Below, one piece after another: positions 37,701 to 51,702 of a DNA stretch of 63,412 nt. A model generated the notes under the pieces. That model made no database searches, was not told the DNA's origin, and saw nothing but the letters and a program-made list of their open reading frames with translations. Origin of the DNA: Girardia tigrina (taxonomy: Eukaryota); contig MQRK01218860.1 of the NCBI GenBank assembly GCA_001938485.1, forward strand, positions 1 through 63,412. The letters are read 5' to 3'. The translations under genes and the position numbers were made by a program. Each line of letters begins with the position of its first letter. The stretch's first letter is position 1.

Positions 37701-37859
37701 CTCGTCAAGGAATTTTGTCGAATTCGCGAAGTCAGTATTTTTTTTCCCAAATAGAGTACACAACACAAAAAAAATAAAAAATAACATATTAAAAAGACAA
37801 ATTTTCATTTTAAATTGAGAACTTTTCATTTTTAATTGATAATTTTTCATTTTTGTTAA

Positions 37860-38094
37860 CCCTTTCGCAGCGGCTTTCCGTTTTAAGTTATAGATAATTT
37901 TTGTTAAATATATAATGTTTATTCCGGTCTGAAATTTATTATTTAAAAGTTTTTTTTGGAAATTTATTCAGGGNNNNNNNCTGGGGAGGTTGGGACAAAT
38001 ATATCCCATTCGTCTTTTATGATGGGTCATATATGTCCCAACAGCCTTTTTAAACATTCACTGGGACATATGTGTCCCAGCAGCTGCGAAAGGG
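37860..38094. mobile_element. piggyBac-type MITE
   Basis: TTAA|CCCTTTCGCAGC...GCTGCGAAAGGG|TTAA; internal palindromes TGGGACATATGTGTCCCA. Confidence 0.88.
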
Positions 38095-38730
38095 TTAAAG
38101 CATAGAAAAAAAATATTACAAAATCAAAAATTCAAAATAAAAAAGTTTGAAAAAAGATGTAAAAATGTTTTGTTTAACTATTTTTGTTGAGATCGTGAAA
38201 TCGACTATTACACAAATTCGGCATAACATATGTGCTCTAATCAATCATATCCATGTAGTATTCCTAAATTTTTTAGCATTTTTAATTTGACTTTTTCTGA
38301 CAAAATAAACATATCAAATAAAATAAGAGGATATTTCGGGACGAGTGAGTTTAGCTTAATAGTCAGTTCAATATTCTCTCAGTTTTTTAACTTTGTTAAA
38401 AATATTTTTTATCCTAAAGATTCAACAAATTTTTCAAGATATTCTGTTTCTTTTTCTTTTAAATTTAATACATTATATCCAAATAGGATTAAATTAAACC
38501 AATTTCTGAAGAAATCGTAGAAGTTGATTTTTTTTCATCCGATTAAGTATGTTTAAGAATTACTTTTTACCGACATTAAATTAATCATATTTAACTGAAA
38601 GGAATTCGGTAATAATATATTGTTAGGCTTAATCACAACAATTGAGAAATATTTTCTGAGAATCTTTTTTATCCATTTATGAAAATTTAAATCTTTATAT
38701 AATTTAACGTACGGGTTCAACATAATATAT

Positions 38731-39320
38731 TAGGGCTGGGTGTACCATAATTTTTAAGAACCGGGGCATCGAATTTTAATTTTATTTAAACAAAAACTGT
38801 TATTTTTATCAAAATATTAAATAATTTTTCTATTTTTCAGAAAGACTGCACAATAAATTTTAAGTTGCATAATAATTATAGTATAATTATACAAATACAA
38901 TAAAATAATAATAATACAATTAAACATACGGTGACAAACACATTTTTATTACAACTTACAGTTTAAAAGGCGAGCAGTTCGACAATTTTAGGTTTTAAAC
39001 AATTCCGTTGCGCTGTTACAATATTTTCTGTTACTGAAAATACACGTTCAGAAGAAACACTATATAGATAAAAATTTTTCTGGCATAAGATGCAATAATT
39101 GAGAAACGATTTACATTTTCGCGCCACCATAAGTTAGTATCTTGTACATTTTGATTCAGCGGCCTCATAGATTCATAAGTTACACTTTCTAAATTATAAG
39201 TTTTGATATCAACTCGTTCATGGGTGTGAGTTGAAAACTTATATGAAAACTCGAATTCTTCATAATTATTAATTATATTAATTTTATGTATTAATTCAAG
39301 ATTCTGTTGTTGCAATAGAA
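38731..39320 (-). mobile_element. hAT remnant with C-terminal dimerisation domain
   Basis: TAGGGCTGG terminus; LWWRENVNRFSIIASYARKIF...SERVFS...RNCLKP motif. Confidence 0.72.
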
Positions 39321-39802
39321 TATTTTGAAAATTATTAATTATCCGATTTTTTGTTACTACCCAGGGATGAAAGACTTTTAAATTAATGTAATATAAAGTA
39401 ATGTTTTTATAATTTTAGTAATTGAAAAATAATTTTTAATAAATTCCTTTTTTAAAAAATGATAAATAATGGTCCACCGGAAATTTATTTCGGTGAAAAA
39501 AATTCAGATTACAAGTCATTCTGGCACAATAACTATTACACAATTTATGTTTTTTTTTAATTATTTAAATTTTTTTAATATGATTAGATGATTCACTTTG
39601 GATATTTAATCATGGTTTTAAGATGCTTTATTAATAATGCGTAAGTGACATGTGTCAATTTTGACACTTTATAATACCAAATAAATTTAAATAATTTTTT
39701 CTAATTATTATGATCATGTTTACTCATCATTGAAAAAATATTTATTAATATTTTTATTATTGTTATTATTATTATAATTATTTGAATTATTTTCAAAAAT
39801 AG

Positions 39803-39989
39803 AAAAACAATGGCTGAAAACTGTATTAAAATGGCAGCCAAAATAATATCTCCGGCGATTGAGGCTAATTTCAGTATTGGGTACGACTGGTGTATAGATC
39901 AGGTCAAAATGTCCCTTTACCATGAAGTTGCTCATTGTCTAGAAATTGATAAGGCAATAATGTATCTGAAGCAAAAAGATTTTAATCAG
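39803..39989 (+). CDS. IFT88: intraflagellar transport protein 88, exon (first seen in window)
   Basis: KTMAENCIKMAAKIISPAIEANFSIGYDWC...LEIDKAIMYLKQKDFNQ matches IFT88 KAMAEKYIMTSAKLIAPVIE...GYDWC...LEINKA. AG/GT borders. Confidence 0.95.
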
Positions 39990-41153
39990 GTAATATTTTA
40001 ATCGGGATCAAATGCTATAATTAGTGATTGCGATTTATTATTAAATGTCAGCTCATAATTTTTCATTTTTATAAAACTAGGGTTCTGACGGATCTCTTCA
40101 TTTAAAGGTAAGATTCAGCATGCAAATTATGGAACGTTCGATATGCAAATTCGTTATGCAAAAGTTTTGTTAAGATTATGATAGTAACTTTAAAGCACAT
40201 TGTTAAGTTTTAATTATTATTATCATGTTAAAATTTTTGTTTTCAATTACGTTTTCACAAACGTTACTTCTACAGCTTGTATGGAAATATTTATTTAAAA
40301 TAATTAATTTCGACGGGTTAACCGTAACTTTTAGATTTAACGTCACATATTTCTGAATCACGGATGTTAAAAATAAGTAATATACATTTATATCCACGGG
40401 AATCCTTCTTCTTCTACATGTTCTGGGGCTGATTCGAATAATCACTGTAATTAGCAAAAGTACTTTATGGTTCCCTCTTACCAACTCTGCGTTTCCAGCA
40501 TTACAAATGTTCTGCATTTAAACATTTCTTTTTCATATGCTTATACATTTGTAAAAGCACTTGATATTTCCATATATTTTTGCCAGGAATTCGTACACTT
40601 CTGTTTAATCGAATTAACTTCGGTTGCAATATTGACTGAACTACCTCTGTAGTTTAACGTTCAGACCAATCCAGGAAGACTAAATGTCAGTAGTTTACTA
40701 TTCAGTTAAATATATTAATCTAGTCGATTTACTTTTGAGATTCTGCTTCGGGATACGTTTGACGTAATATCTCTTTGATTTAGCTTCTTCATTTCGTTAA
40801 TACATGGAAATATGTCCGGAAATATAAAATCAATGAGTGACTGTTATCAACATGATAACATTATATTTTCGTTAATGTGAAAAAAACTAATGCAATAGCC
40901 CATCTATCCATATCCGTGGTTTCACTTAGTCATGGTTTAGAGCAAGAACAAGAACACAGGTGGTAAAACATGTGGCTACTCATGTTTTTTGCTTTTCAAA
41001 CCGTCATCCTTAACAATTTATTTTATAAACCCATGTTTTGTTAGAGTAAATAAAATATTCTGCTGGGTTACGTGTTTAGGATCATTGACAACGAATTTTG
41101 TATTTTCTACATGTTCTTGTTGAAGGATTGGATGTTTTTCTTGATATTTATCA

Positions 41154-41821
41154 ATGGAATCCAAACAAAATACTTCTTCTCCGTCAACAAGTGGAACCTC
41201 GGTCATTAGAATCAAGTATAAGGACGGGGTTATTGTGGCCGCCGACATGCTCTGTTCTTACGAATCTATCGCCAAATTTAGTGACATTGAAAGAATTCAC
41301 AAAATCAACAATACAAACGTTCTCGGTTTTACTGGGGATATCGCAGATTTTCAATATCTTCACGGTATTATTAAAGAGAAAGTACACAATGACCGTTTAG
41401 AAACTGACGAGTTCGAAATGACTCCGAATAGTTTACACAGTTTTATCACTCGTGTTCTTTATAATCGACGAACGAAAATTGATCCTTTATGGAATTCTAA
41501 CATTGTCGCTGGATTCGTCAATAACAAATCGTTCCTAGGATATGCTGATATGAAAGAAGTGTCTTTTGAAGACAAGACTTGCGCTACTGGTTATGGTAAA
41601 TTCATGGCAATGCCCAAACTACGAGATGTTGCTAGAATTTGCCTGAGGAGGACGCGAAAATCGCAATAATCGATGCGTTGAAAGTGTTGTATTATCGAGA
41701 TTGTCGCGCCAGTCTCAAATACCAAATGGTAGTGATCGACAAAGACGGTGTCCGACTGACTGGACCTCACATCCTGAAGACGAATTGGGAAGTTGCTCAT
41801 TACGTTTCTGGTTATGAATAA
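41154..41821 (+). pseudogene. PSMB4: processed pseudogene of proteasome subunit beta type-4 (beta7)
   Basis: GTSVIRIKYKDGVIVAADM...GDIADFQYL...DPLWN...ATGYG...VLYYRD...TNWEVAHYVSGYE. Intronless; frameshift/deletion near 41635; conserved Gly residues replaced (GSYGS to CSYES); AATAAA at 41881 and A-rich tail at ~41897-41910. Confidence 0.9.
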
Positions 41822-44800
41822 TTTTTTTGCTGTTTATTTAACTATTTTTGAACAATCAATTACTTTTTAAATTTTTAATGAATAAAGAAACAGTTGAAAA
41901 TAAAAAAATAATTCGAGCATCATAGTGACTGTCTTCAAATTCTTAATCCTGTTATAAAATTCTCCATCATAGTCTGATCTGGAAGAGTTTATTTTATTTG
42001 GAATACACATAACACTGCTTTTACGCAAATTGGATTTATCGCCATTAAAAAATTACATTGGAATAATAATTAGAAAGCATGTATTCGTTTTGTAACATCT
42101 CAGCCAAAAGGTAAATACCATTCTATGTTTTAAAGCAAGAAAATAATTTGTTTTTCCTTAAACGGTCCATAAACGTGGACCACGAGCGTTTGTGAGTGAA
42201 TGATTTCTAATACTCGTCTTTGAAAGTAAATGTTTTCATAAAATTTATTGTAGGTCATTTGACATTTCAAAAATGTATGTTGTTTTTTTATAAAATTGTT
42301 TTTCATTCAGAAATTTTTTAATGTCACATGAAGTTTTTCACTTTTCAAATGTTTTCATTATAGATTAATATTGTTATGTTTTGGGACTACATTTTTAAGT
42401 ATTACAAACTATGTATTCGATTTGTCGAACAGGATTATGTTTCGAATGGGTTATACAAAGGAAACCATGCCTTACAAAATTTAATTGAGGATTAGCACTT
42501 TGACTATCGTTTCGTGTACATCCGACATAAAAATTTTCTTTCTGTGGATTGGATCGGCTGCAGCCGATATCCATGTAGAATTAAATTAGAGAAACACGAA
42601 TGATCGCAGAAGAATGAGACAAATTTTAGTTAAAAATTTAAACCAGAATATGGCACAAAAGTTAGACTCACTGCAGAAAAAAACGTATATTTATTTGCGA
42701 CCGTCAAAATGTTAACTAAGTTTGGTGAACTAACTTTAATACTTTGCGGATTTGATAACTGGTAACAGGGCAAATAGAACGGAAATGTTGTAAATCTTAG
42801 TAAATGAAATACAATGTCTTAATCAAGAATACTTGATTAGGATAATTTTAAGTATTAAAAATCATTCTCAATGAGACAATGTCATATTATGGTAGGAACT
42901 GCTGGGTGGACCGAAAAATACTGTCGGAACCGTAACGGATAAATTCTGATTTCTTCTTTCTCTCGCTTCATTCGATATATTAAATTTAAAACTTGAAAAT
43001 CAGACTAATTTAAGTCGAAAATACAATTCAGGACAATATTTATTGAAATAGATACAAAATCGCATAATTAATGAAATCGCGCGTTCAGATTCGATAATTT
43101 AAACAAAAATAGTTTTTTTTATCTTATTTATTTTCTACACAAATTGTGATTAATAGTTTTAATAATATTTTTTTGTGCTCGTTAATGTTTTATGATGCCG
43201 ATAACCGAACGTAATAATTTAAGTATTAATTAATTTTTTCTTAATTTTTAATGGGTGAACTGGTACGATTTACATTTATGATTTACACAATTTTAATTGG
43301 AAAATTGTGATCAATATTTACCACAAAAGTTAATGGCTGATGCTAATTTTACAAAAATAAAAGACACTTATTGAAAAATTAAGTTAATGCAGTAGAAACT
43401 GTAATGCGTGAAAATTAAGATAGTGATGTGAAATGGCGCTTCTTGACAAACTTTAATTGATCATCATTTATGCTGTCTTTATAAAAATGCAACAAAAGTA
43501 TGTATCCTATTCTTTATCTACCTACGGGAATCAGTTTTGAAATTTCAGTTTTATAAAGGAATTTTGATACAGATATTAATAATCAAATTTTGATTCTTAG
43601 AGATCACATCTTAATTTCCAGTTTCAAGCGTATTTATTTTATTAACCTTGCTTTTCCAAATATATTCTACTCATTTTCAATTTCGATATGTAAAAAAATC
43701 CTTGATGTCATTTTTTCTAATCCAAATAAGAACAATAAAACCTGTGCGATCGAAGCATGTTGTTGTTCATTGGTCTGGTATCCTATTGTGGTGTTCAAAA
43801 AAACACGAAACCAAATTACAAAAATCAATTTAAATAAAAAAATCATGAAATTAAATGAATGAACAGAATTAATGTTTTTGTTGAAATTGAAGCAAATTGG
43901 CGAACAGAATAAAAAACAGAATTAACCATGACACAAACCAGAATTACAGTCAGCAACATCAACAAACTCTCAATCATCAACTCAAATATGCACAGACAAT
44001 ACGCGAGTATCCATATCAATGATTATGTCGATAGACGTCTCTATTCTGCCGATTCGGATCGTGTTTGCGTTTTATGTGTCAATATATTTTATGTTCAATC
44101 AGTTTCTTTTTTCTTTCCGTTCCAACGACGGAAGTTGGTGGTGCAAATTGCACTCGCCAAACCTATGCTAGTTGCTGGTTAGTTCAGTCCCTTGCAAATT
44201 CTTTACTCTCATAACATGCTTTTTCATCTCTACATTTCACCTGGCTTGGTCTTTTTCACTGTTCAGTACATCTTTTTATCGCTTCGTCATCGATGAATTT
44301 TCAATTTGTTCACAGATTAGTGATTGTACAATACAAATTATAAAATAAAATGATATTTGTTTATGTAAACATCTTATTTTTTAATATTTTATTATATTAT
44401 ACTGTGTAAAAATTATATAAATGTGACTAGAGGATTGATATTTTGTGATTAGTAAGTTCTATTTATCTTACAAAACCGTATCTATCAGGTAGTAAACAGT
44501 TTTCCTTGAACTAACTACTAAATATTCGATTTATAAATAAGGAATTATACTTAGCGGAAATTAATTTATTGCAGTGGGTTCATTCTTGCATTGATGGATC
44601 TGATAAACCATAAAAACTAGAAAATAATAAATGATCCTCATAAAAGTATTGAATAATTTTAATTAATCTAAATAACTTTTAAATATAACTATTTTTTTCA
44701 AAAATGTTTTTTTGCTGTAGAAATAATTTTATGTGAAGTTAATACAATTTTTGAGTCCGAATAATTGTTTATTACAAAATCACTTGAATGTTTTATTAAG

Positions 44801-44957
44801 GCCATTGAAACACTGAAGTCATTTGAACGAAAAGATACCAAAGTTGCATCCGCAGCATCGACAAATTTATCGTTCCTTTATTTTCTTGAAGGCAATTTGC
44901 AACAAGCGGATAAATATGCGGAACTTGCATTGAAGAATGACAGATACAATTCCGCTG
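44801..44957 (+). CDS. IFT88: IFT88 exon
   Basis: AIETLKSFERKDTKVASAASTNLSFLYFLE...DRYNSA; phase 0 in, phase 1 out. Confidence 0.95.
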
Positions 44958-45199
44958 GTATTGGATTATCATTGGATTTATCATTATTATTACAATTTTA
45001 ATTTAATATTTTATAGTTATATTTATCGAAGGATATTCTTGTGACTTAAATTAAATTAAAAAATATTTTACTAAAATTATTGGATGGCCTAATAAACCTA
45101 CCAAAAGATTTTCATTTGCATCAAATCATGTCTAACAATTAAATTTTATTTTTATGACTTTTTAAAAAAAGAAATTGACTTTATTGACTTTTGCTTACT

Positions 45200-45560
45200 C
45201 TAATGTGGGCCTCCCATCTATTTCAATGGTATTGAGCCTAAGGCTCTTTAGAGGGTCCACCCAAACTAAAGTCCTTAAGGGCTCCCCGATAGGCCTCTTA
45301 CGGGGTCAGTGGCCTTCTGCCTCTGAGCAGTCGGTTAGCCAGTTATAAACGACCAGCCATGAAACTTGGTACCATGACCATATATACCTCTGGCTGTTAC
45401 GGTGGACGCGTAACAGCCGCGAAATGGGCACTTGAACTCTCCTCTTGCTTTCGAGTAGTCGGCTGGCAGTCGGTATTGTAGGTGCGACTCTTCTTCGGTA
45501 TCGTCATTTGTCTGTATCCTCGGAATACTCACAGTTGCGTCCGGTAACTGAGAGTTGGAT
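45200..45560 (-). mobile_element. zinc-finger fragment related to the non-LTR element at 27796-28221
   Basis: GEFKCPFRGC...TARGIYGHGTKFHGWSFITG aligns with GIFRCPFTHC...TAKGLQNHGTRDHDWAFLIG. Confidence 0.6.
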
Positions 45561-48500
45561 TGGTTTGATGTCGGCTCTTCCTCTAATACTTATTTTGTCA
45601 CTTTTTTGCGACACAAATGCGATTAACTTAACTACCTAAACTTTTCAGCAAAGTCTTATGTAATTATCCACAATTTTTATGTATGGCCAAACGATCTGAT
45701 CAGATCAACATTAAAAATTGGATTAGTAATATAGCCTCAAAGTTAAATATAGTAATGCAATAATAGAAAGCACTACCGCTACCCAGTTATTCCTGAAACT
45801 GTATCTATGTATGTTGAAGCACTCGGGGACAAACGAGTTACTGAAAACTCATTTCAAAGCTCGAATAATCGATGAAGGAGAAACTATCACAGCCATTTTT
45901 TTCAACTTATCTCATATCAACTTTCAATAACTTTGACACCATTTGTAATGATGGAACATTTTTTATCGTGCCAAAAATTTTCAATTAGCTGTTCATCATT
46001 TCTGTGCGTAGTGGACCTGGAATGTTGCCAACATTTTTTGTTCTCATGAAGACTCACCAATATCAGTTCAGTTTTTGAGATGATAATAGTCACTCAATAT
46101 TACTGAAAAAATTCTAAAATTACTATTAATTTTTTAAAATTTTCTAACTCGAAATTAATACATTTTGAAAAAAAACATAAATATTTTTAACCCGTAAATT
46201 ATTTCTATAAAATATAAATAAAAATTTTATTGTAAAATATCTTTTAGAAAGGCTTTAGTGATAATGTTTAAATACGTACAAAAGGTGTCTCGATTTTCGC
46301 TATCCAGTAAGTCATAAACAGGAAATTCGTCCCGAAGAACGATGCAAATATTAATTACTGTAATGAAATTGAAACATTTAACAAGTTTCTTGGTTTAAAT
46401 TTAATCCGAAAATAGGACTAAGTTTATATTTATAGAATAAATAAATTCTGCAGTGACGACTTCATTTCTGGCACAGGGTTAATTGGCATGAAGCAACTGT
46501 TTTCTCTCTATAAATATAGAATAATGTCTGGTATTTTCTGTAGGCAAGGGGAACATTTTTATTGTCAATGAGGATCATTCCATGTGTAAACAGTTTAGTT
46601 CTTGTGTCAACAATATCCCTATCCGTTAATGTTTCCCAAGTATCAAACAGTTGTGTCGTATATCGGCTGAATATTAATAAATAGTCACTTTAATGCATTG
46701 ACAACATTCTGATCCTTGACTGATTGGTTTTGTCGGGATGGAAATTACCAAACTGATTTCTGGTGACCAAATATTATTTTCTGTTAATGTTTTCATTTTT
46801 ATATGAAAGAAGCAAATTATTATATTTAGTTAATTATTTCTTATAATTATTTAAAATTATTATTATTGTGAGGGATTTACCCGGTAACCGTGTTGCCCCG
46901 AGAATCAGACGGCGGTGGCAGTAGCGCGCAGGGTTGATCGAATAAGAGATCGAAATCACTGTGTTGAGCTCATATTTTGAATTTATCCATTTGGTATTTG
47001 TCCAGGGGATCATCCCATCGAACTTCGACAAATTCGTCTCCGAACAGTCGATTTTGTCTAAACAGATTTTTGGGGCTTAATGAATTCAATCTGATCAAAG
47101 GTGATTTCGATTGGGATCGAGAAACAAGATGATTCTCCGCTATGCATCAATCCATTCACCTCATTGGCATTCGTATTGCCTCCAGATCGGCGCGATTTGC
47201 AGCTGTCCCTAGACGGGGTCATACTGATCTCCGAAGGCGCCGTCGACAGCACTGTCGGCAATTTTCATGAGAATCCGCTCTCGACACTTGATTCATCGCA
47301 TCATTACTCATGCGATTCCCAATCGGTTCCCATTGATTGAAAATAGGACCATTCGATGAAATGTGATTTCTCGGGGTGACAAAATTACAAGAATTATCGT
47401 TGTTATCGACAAAATTTTGGGCGTTTAATAACAAATTCACCTGATTATCTTTGCTCTCCATTTCTGATATGCATTTTTAAATTTTCAACAACACTCGGTT
47501 TCAATATTTCTTTGAATGATTAAACAATAACATATTTTTCTTTGATGCTTTATTCATATTTTCCTTTTCTTTCAATTCAAATGTTATTTAATCATTATTA
47601 GGAATTTTTTATGAAATTTTTTGAAAATTTTTGAAATAATAATTGAATTCAAAGTGTCATTTTAAAATAATAAAAAACCAAGAACTAAATAAAGTTATAT
47701 TAACTATGATAAAATTTCGTAAATGTTAATTAAAAAAATGAAATTATTTAATTGTCAGACATTAAAAAAAGTCAAATGGATTAAGAATACTATATTTATT
47801 TTTATTATACCGGTTTGAGATTTATGGAATAAATAGTTCCTCAAAAGTAAAAAAAAAATAAATGAATTTAATTTCGATTAAATTTGTTTAAATAAAATGT
47901 ATTAGACATTTTTTTATAGTGAAATAAAAGTTGAAGAACTGATGTCGGCTTTTAGTATTGATAGTGTGAAAGATGTTCCAAAAACATAAAATTATAAGTC
48001 ATTGTTATTCAAATAAAAAGATTTTTTTCGAGATAATAGAGAGAGATGAAGAAAGAGAGGAGATCAATGGGTATAAATAATGATAGTAAAAACATATAAT
48101 AATAAAATAATAATAATAATAATAATAAAATTTTAATCCTGAACAGTGAACATTTTGGGAAACTCTTCTAAATTTTTGAATTAAAATCTGACTATACAAC
48201 CTTTTACAAATTAATACAATAATTACAAATACAAAGTTAAATATTAAGTTACGTTAAATTAAAAATAAAAAAATATTTAAAAAGTGGTTTCAATAACTTA
48301 TTATAGCTTTTAAGAAAAACAAAATACAAGATTTCAAAAATATTGAAATTTATATTTTATTTATATTTACAATTTATTTTGATATTATTGGTTTGTGCAA
48401 GAAGATTGAAAGTGTTCCTCTGAAATTTATTCAAACAAAACTTGTTTAAATATTAGGCTACATGGTTGATATTAAACAAAAGTTTTAAAAATGTCTTTAT

Positions 48501-48836
48501 CTGAGTTTGCAGTAGAACACAACCATGAACCTAACAATTATTATTATTGTTATTATTATTATTACTATTTAAAATACCATAATATTATTAATAATTATAA
48601 ATTCACAAAGATTAAAAAATACAGTTGAAGTTTCAAGTCTGCTCTAATAGCTAAAGGATTTTCATTATATATATTTAATGATTTTGGGATCGAAACAATG
48701 CTTTAAAATAGAAAATATTTTAGAAAAGATGATTATTTTATTTATTAATTTTACATAAATAATACATTATGTTAGTATTGATTAGCCATAAATTATTTTC
48801 ATTTTTAATGACTAAATATCAATATTTTAAATCTAG

Positions 48837-49104
48837 CACTGGTAAACAAGGGAAATGTTCTTTTTCAACAAAAGGAATACGACAAAGCTCGCGAATATTA
48901 TTTAGAGGCTCTACAAAATGATAGTTCTTGTGTGGAAGCACTCTACAACATGGGCTTAACGGAAAAAAAGATTGATAGATATGAAGAAGCTCTGGATTGC
49001 TTTTTCAAGCTTCACGCGATTTTGAGAAATAACGCCACAGTTATATATCAGATTGCTGATATTTATATGAAGCTAGAAGAGGTTCCCAATCAATCCATTG
49101 AATG
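48837..49104 (+). CDS. IFT88: IFT88 exon (TPR repeats)
   Basis: ALVNKGNVLF...EALQNDSSCVEALYNMGLT...LDCFFKLHAILRN...SIEW; phase 1 in, phase 2 out. Confidence 0.95.
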
Positions 49105-50249
49105 GTAATACAACCTAAATTAGCTTAAATAATTGCTTTATACGTGATAAAAAGTAGAATTTTAGAATTTTTGAATTACTATTTGTACAGATCATACTGT
49201 TTGTATGATTTTATTAACCCGTTATTGTCCTATGTCAAGGTGCCCTCGATGTAATTTTTATACTGGTTAATTCTCCTTTAAACTCAATATTTAGGACTAA
49301 AGTAGTTTTATCTCTTTATCTCATCTCTTTATCTCTTTATCTCCTCTGTTTGCCATTCATTTTATGTACATCGTTTCTTACCTGGTATAAGCAAAATATA
49401 CAATATACGTACATCAATATAGGTTGGCGTCGTACATGTTATTTATTTTTATAAATCATTATATTATATGATTGCATTTTCACTGCTACCATAATGCCAT
49501 AAAAAGAATCACTAGAAACACCAAAAATAAAAATCGAAAAAAATAATCGTATTCGCTTGTCATTAAAAGAGAATTGTTTCTAAATATTAAATATACCTAA
49601 TATTCGCGACCAGCGAGAAGACCGATGAGAACAAACTAAAATACTGACTAAGTAAAACAAAAGACAAACAAACAGTGTTTCATAATTATAACAAAATACG
49701 GATTCTAATAACCTATATGCAACATCATATTGTTTTATGTGTAAAACGCTTAAGTCGCGTAAAAGTGGTTGTTGCGCTTTGAAAAAAGATTGTAAATTCA
49801 TACATATAGTATAAATGGAGTGGAGAACCTTGGGATTAGGATTCTAAAAGCGTGTCCATTTTACTTTAATCGGTCCTTTTATATCAATCAATGGTCCTTT
49901 CGCGATATTCTGTTTCACGGCGAAACATAATTTATTTTAGAAAGAAAATTCTAGTGTTAAATATTGCGAAAGAACCATTAATATATATAAAAAAGTGAAA
50001 CTTTCCCCCCAATCCATCTCGCAATCTTTGACGAGAAACAACACAACCGATTTCAAGCACATCTTCATTTTCTTTTATTCCGCTTAAATAAAACCAATAA
50101 AATCATTTTCAGAAAATCAAAAAACAATACAAAGTTCGATGTTATTTTACCGATTTCTATTTTCAAACGTTATATCGATAAAATACATTTGAAATTTTCC
50201 ATTTAAATATTTATCGTAATTCTATGTCGAATCAAATTACAAATCCTTT

Positions 50250-50900
50250 GTTATATCAATGAAATTCTCAAACAAGATTATTTTTCAAAATGATGATTAC
50301 ATAATCAATTATGCAATTACTGTTTCACGTAAACACTTTCAACGAAGTTGATGAGTCACTTGATTAGACATTAATTGCTGGATTAACCGCTTTAATTATT
50401 GATGCCTCACACAAGACTCATTCCCAATAATTTTAAAAATTGCTGCATAAAACTAGACAAGCTCGTTTAATTAATGTGATGCGACTTTTAAAAAGGTTTC
50501 GGTATTGGCATTTGAAAATTGACAAACTTTTAATGTATTTTGGGTTTTTCCTATTGATATACATATTATTCCATTTGTAGAAAGCAGAGTCAATGGAGAA
50601 CCCCTTTTAGTTTGTAAAATAAGGACTGACATGCATTTCTTCAGAATCTGATGCAACTTTTTACTTCTATTCACTCTGATTTCCGTTGGTTTATTGTGAT
50701 CAGTGAAGTCGCTTATTCTGGTCTCTCTCGTCATCTTCATCATAGACCTGAGTGGTTGCTTCCATATGTTTCTAGAACGGACTTTTTCAATACCTTAGTT
50801 CGAACTTATCAGAGTCGTACATTTTCAGATTTTTTCTGACATTTACTGTATCTTAAAACTTGTTTAGAACCATAGTCACCCTGCTCCTGTCAAATGGTCC
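50250..50900 (-). mobile_element. degenerate Penelope-like RT remnant
   Basis: KRGSPLTLLSTNGII resembles the PLE MGSPLSPLLAN motif; heavily decayed. Confidence 0.35.
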
Positions 50901-51590
50901 TTCCCCCGTAAAACTTATGAAAAATTGTAAGACTTTAAGAAATTTTCTTATTATTTTGCATACAAATGAAAATATAAAGTTAAAAGTACTATCTTTAAGT
51001 CAACATGTCTACATTTTGTAAAAATTAAAAATATCCTAAACTTCTGTACTAAATTCTTAAATTTAGGGAGCCGTTTTTAATAGTACTCTGTACACACGTG
51101 TACAATTGTGTAGACATATACTTCAACAATCCACGAGTCATTGGACTTAGTAAGTCAATTTGGCTGTTTGAAAATTGACCATTGGTCGTTATTGTGTTTT
51201 GCAAGCATTCCAACTATTTAGTGTTTCCAATTATTCTCCTTCAATTTCTCAAACCTTTCAAAGAGTTTTCTTTGTAAATTCTGTACATTGTGCATCAGAG
51301 ACATTACTTGTGAAAAACTGATTTGTATCTTAAAAGTAAAATATTTAAATTCATATGAGCTTTTATAGTACTAAAGTCTCGTCCTAAAAGTGATTAAAAG
51401 AGCAATAGTATTTGTGTTTTAATTGGCATTCTGATATTTATTTATTTTATTTTTTAATTTGAACAATCAAATTGATATAATCTTAAAAGCATTTATTCAT
51501 TAAAATCGTTTTTTGTACAAATAACACTTTCATAATTATGCGATATTTGATAATTCGTAAAGTATCATTAAAATTCATCACTTCGTTAAG

Positions 51591-51702
51591 GTTTATGCAG
51601 CTTCACGGATTAATTCCGACTGATGCGAAGTTGCTTCAGAGATTAGGAGAAATTTATGACGAAGAGGGCGACAAATCGCAAGCGTTTTCCGTTTACGTTG
51701 AT
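51591..51702 (+). CDS. IFT88: IFT88 exon
   Basis: FMQLHGLIPTDAKLLQRLGEIYDEEGDKSQAF; phase 2 in, phase 0 out. Confidence 0.95.

Noticed and set aside
40600-40870. Helitron helicase remnant (SLIDFIFPD on the - strand)
   Set aside because: Only one short motif in heavily decayed sequence.
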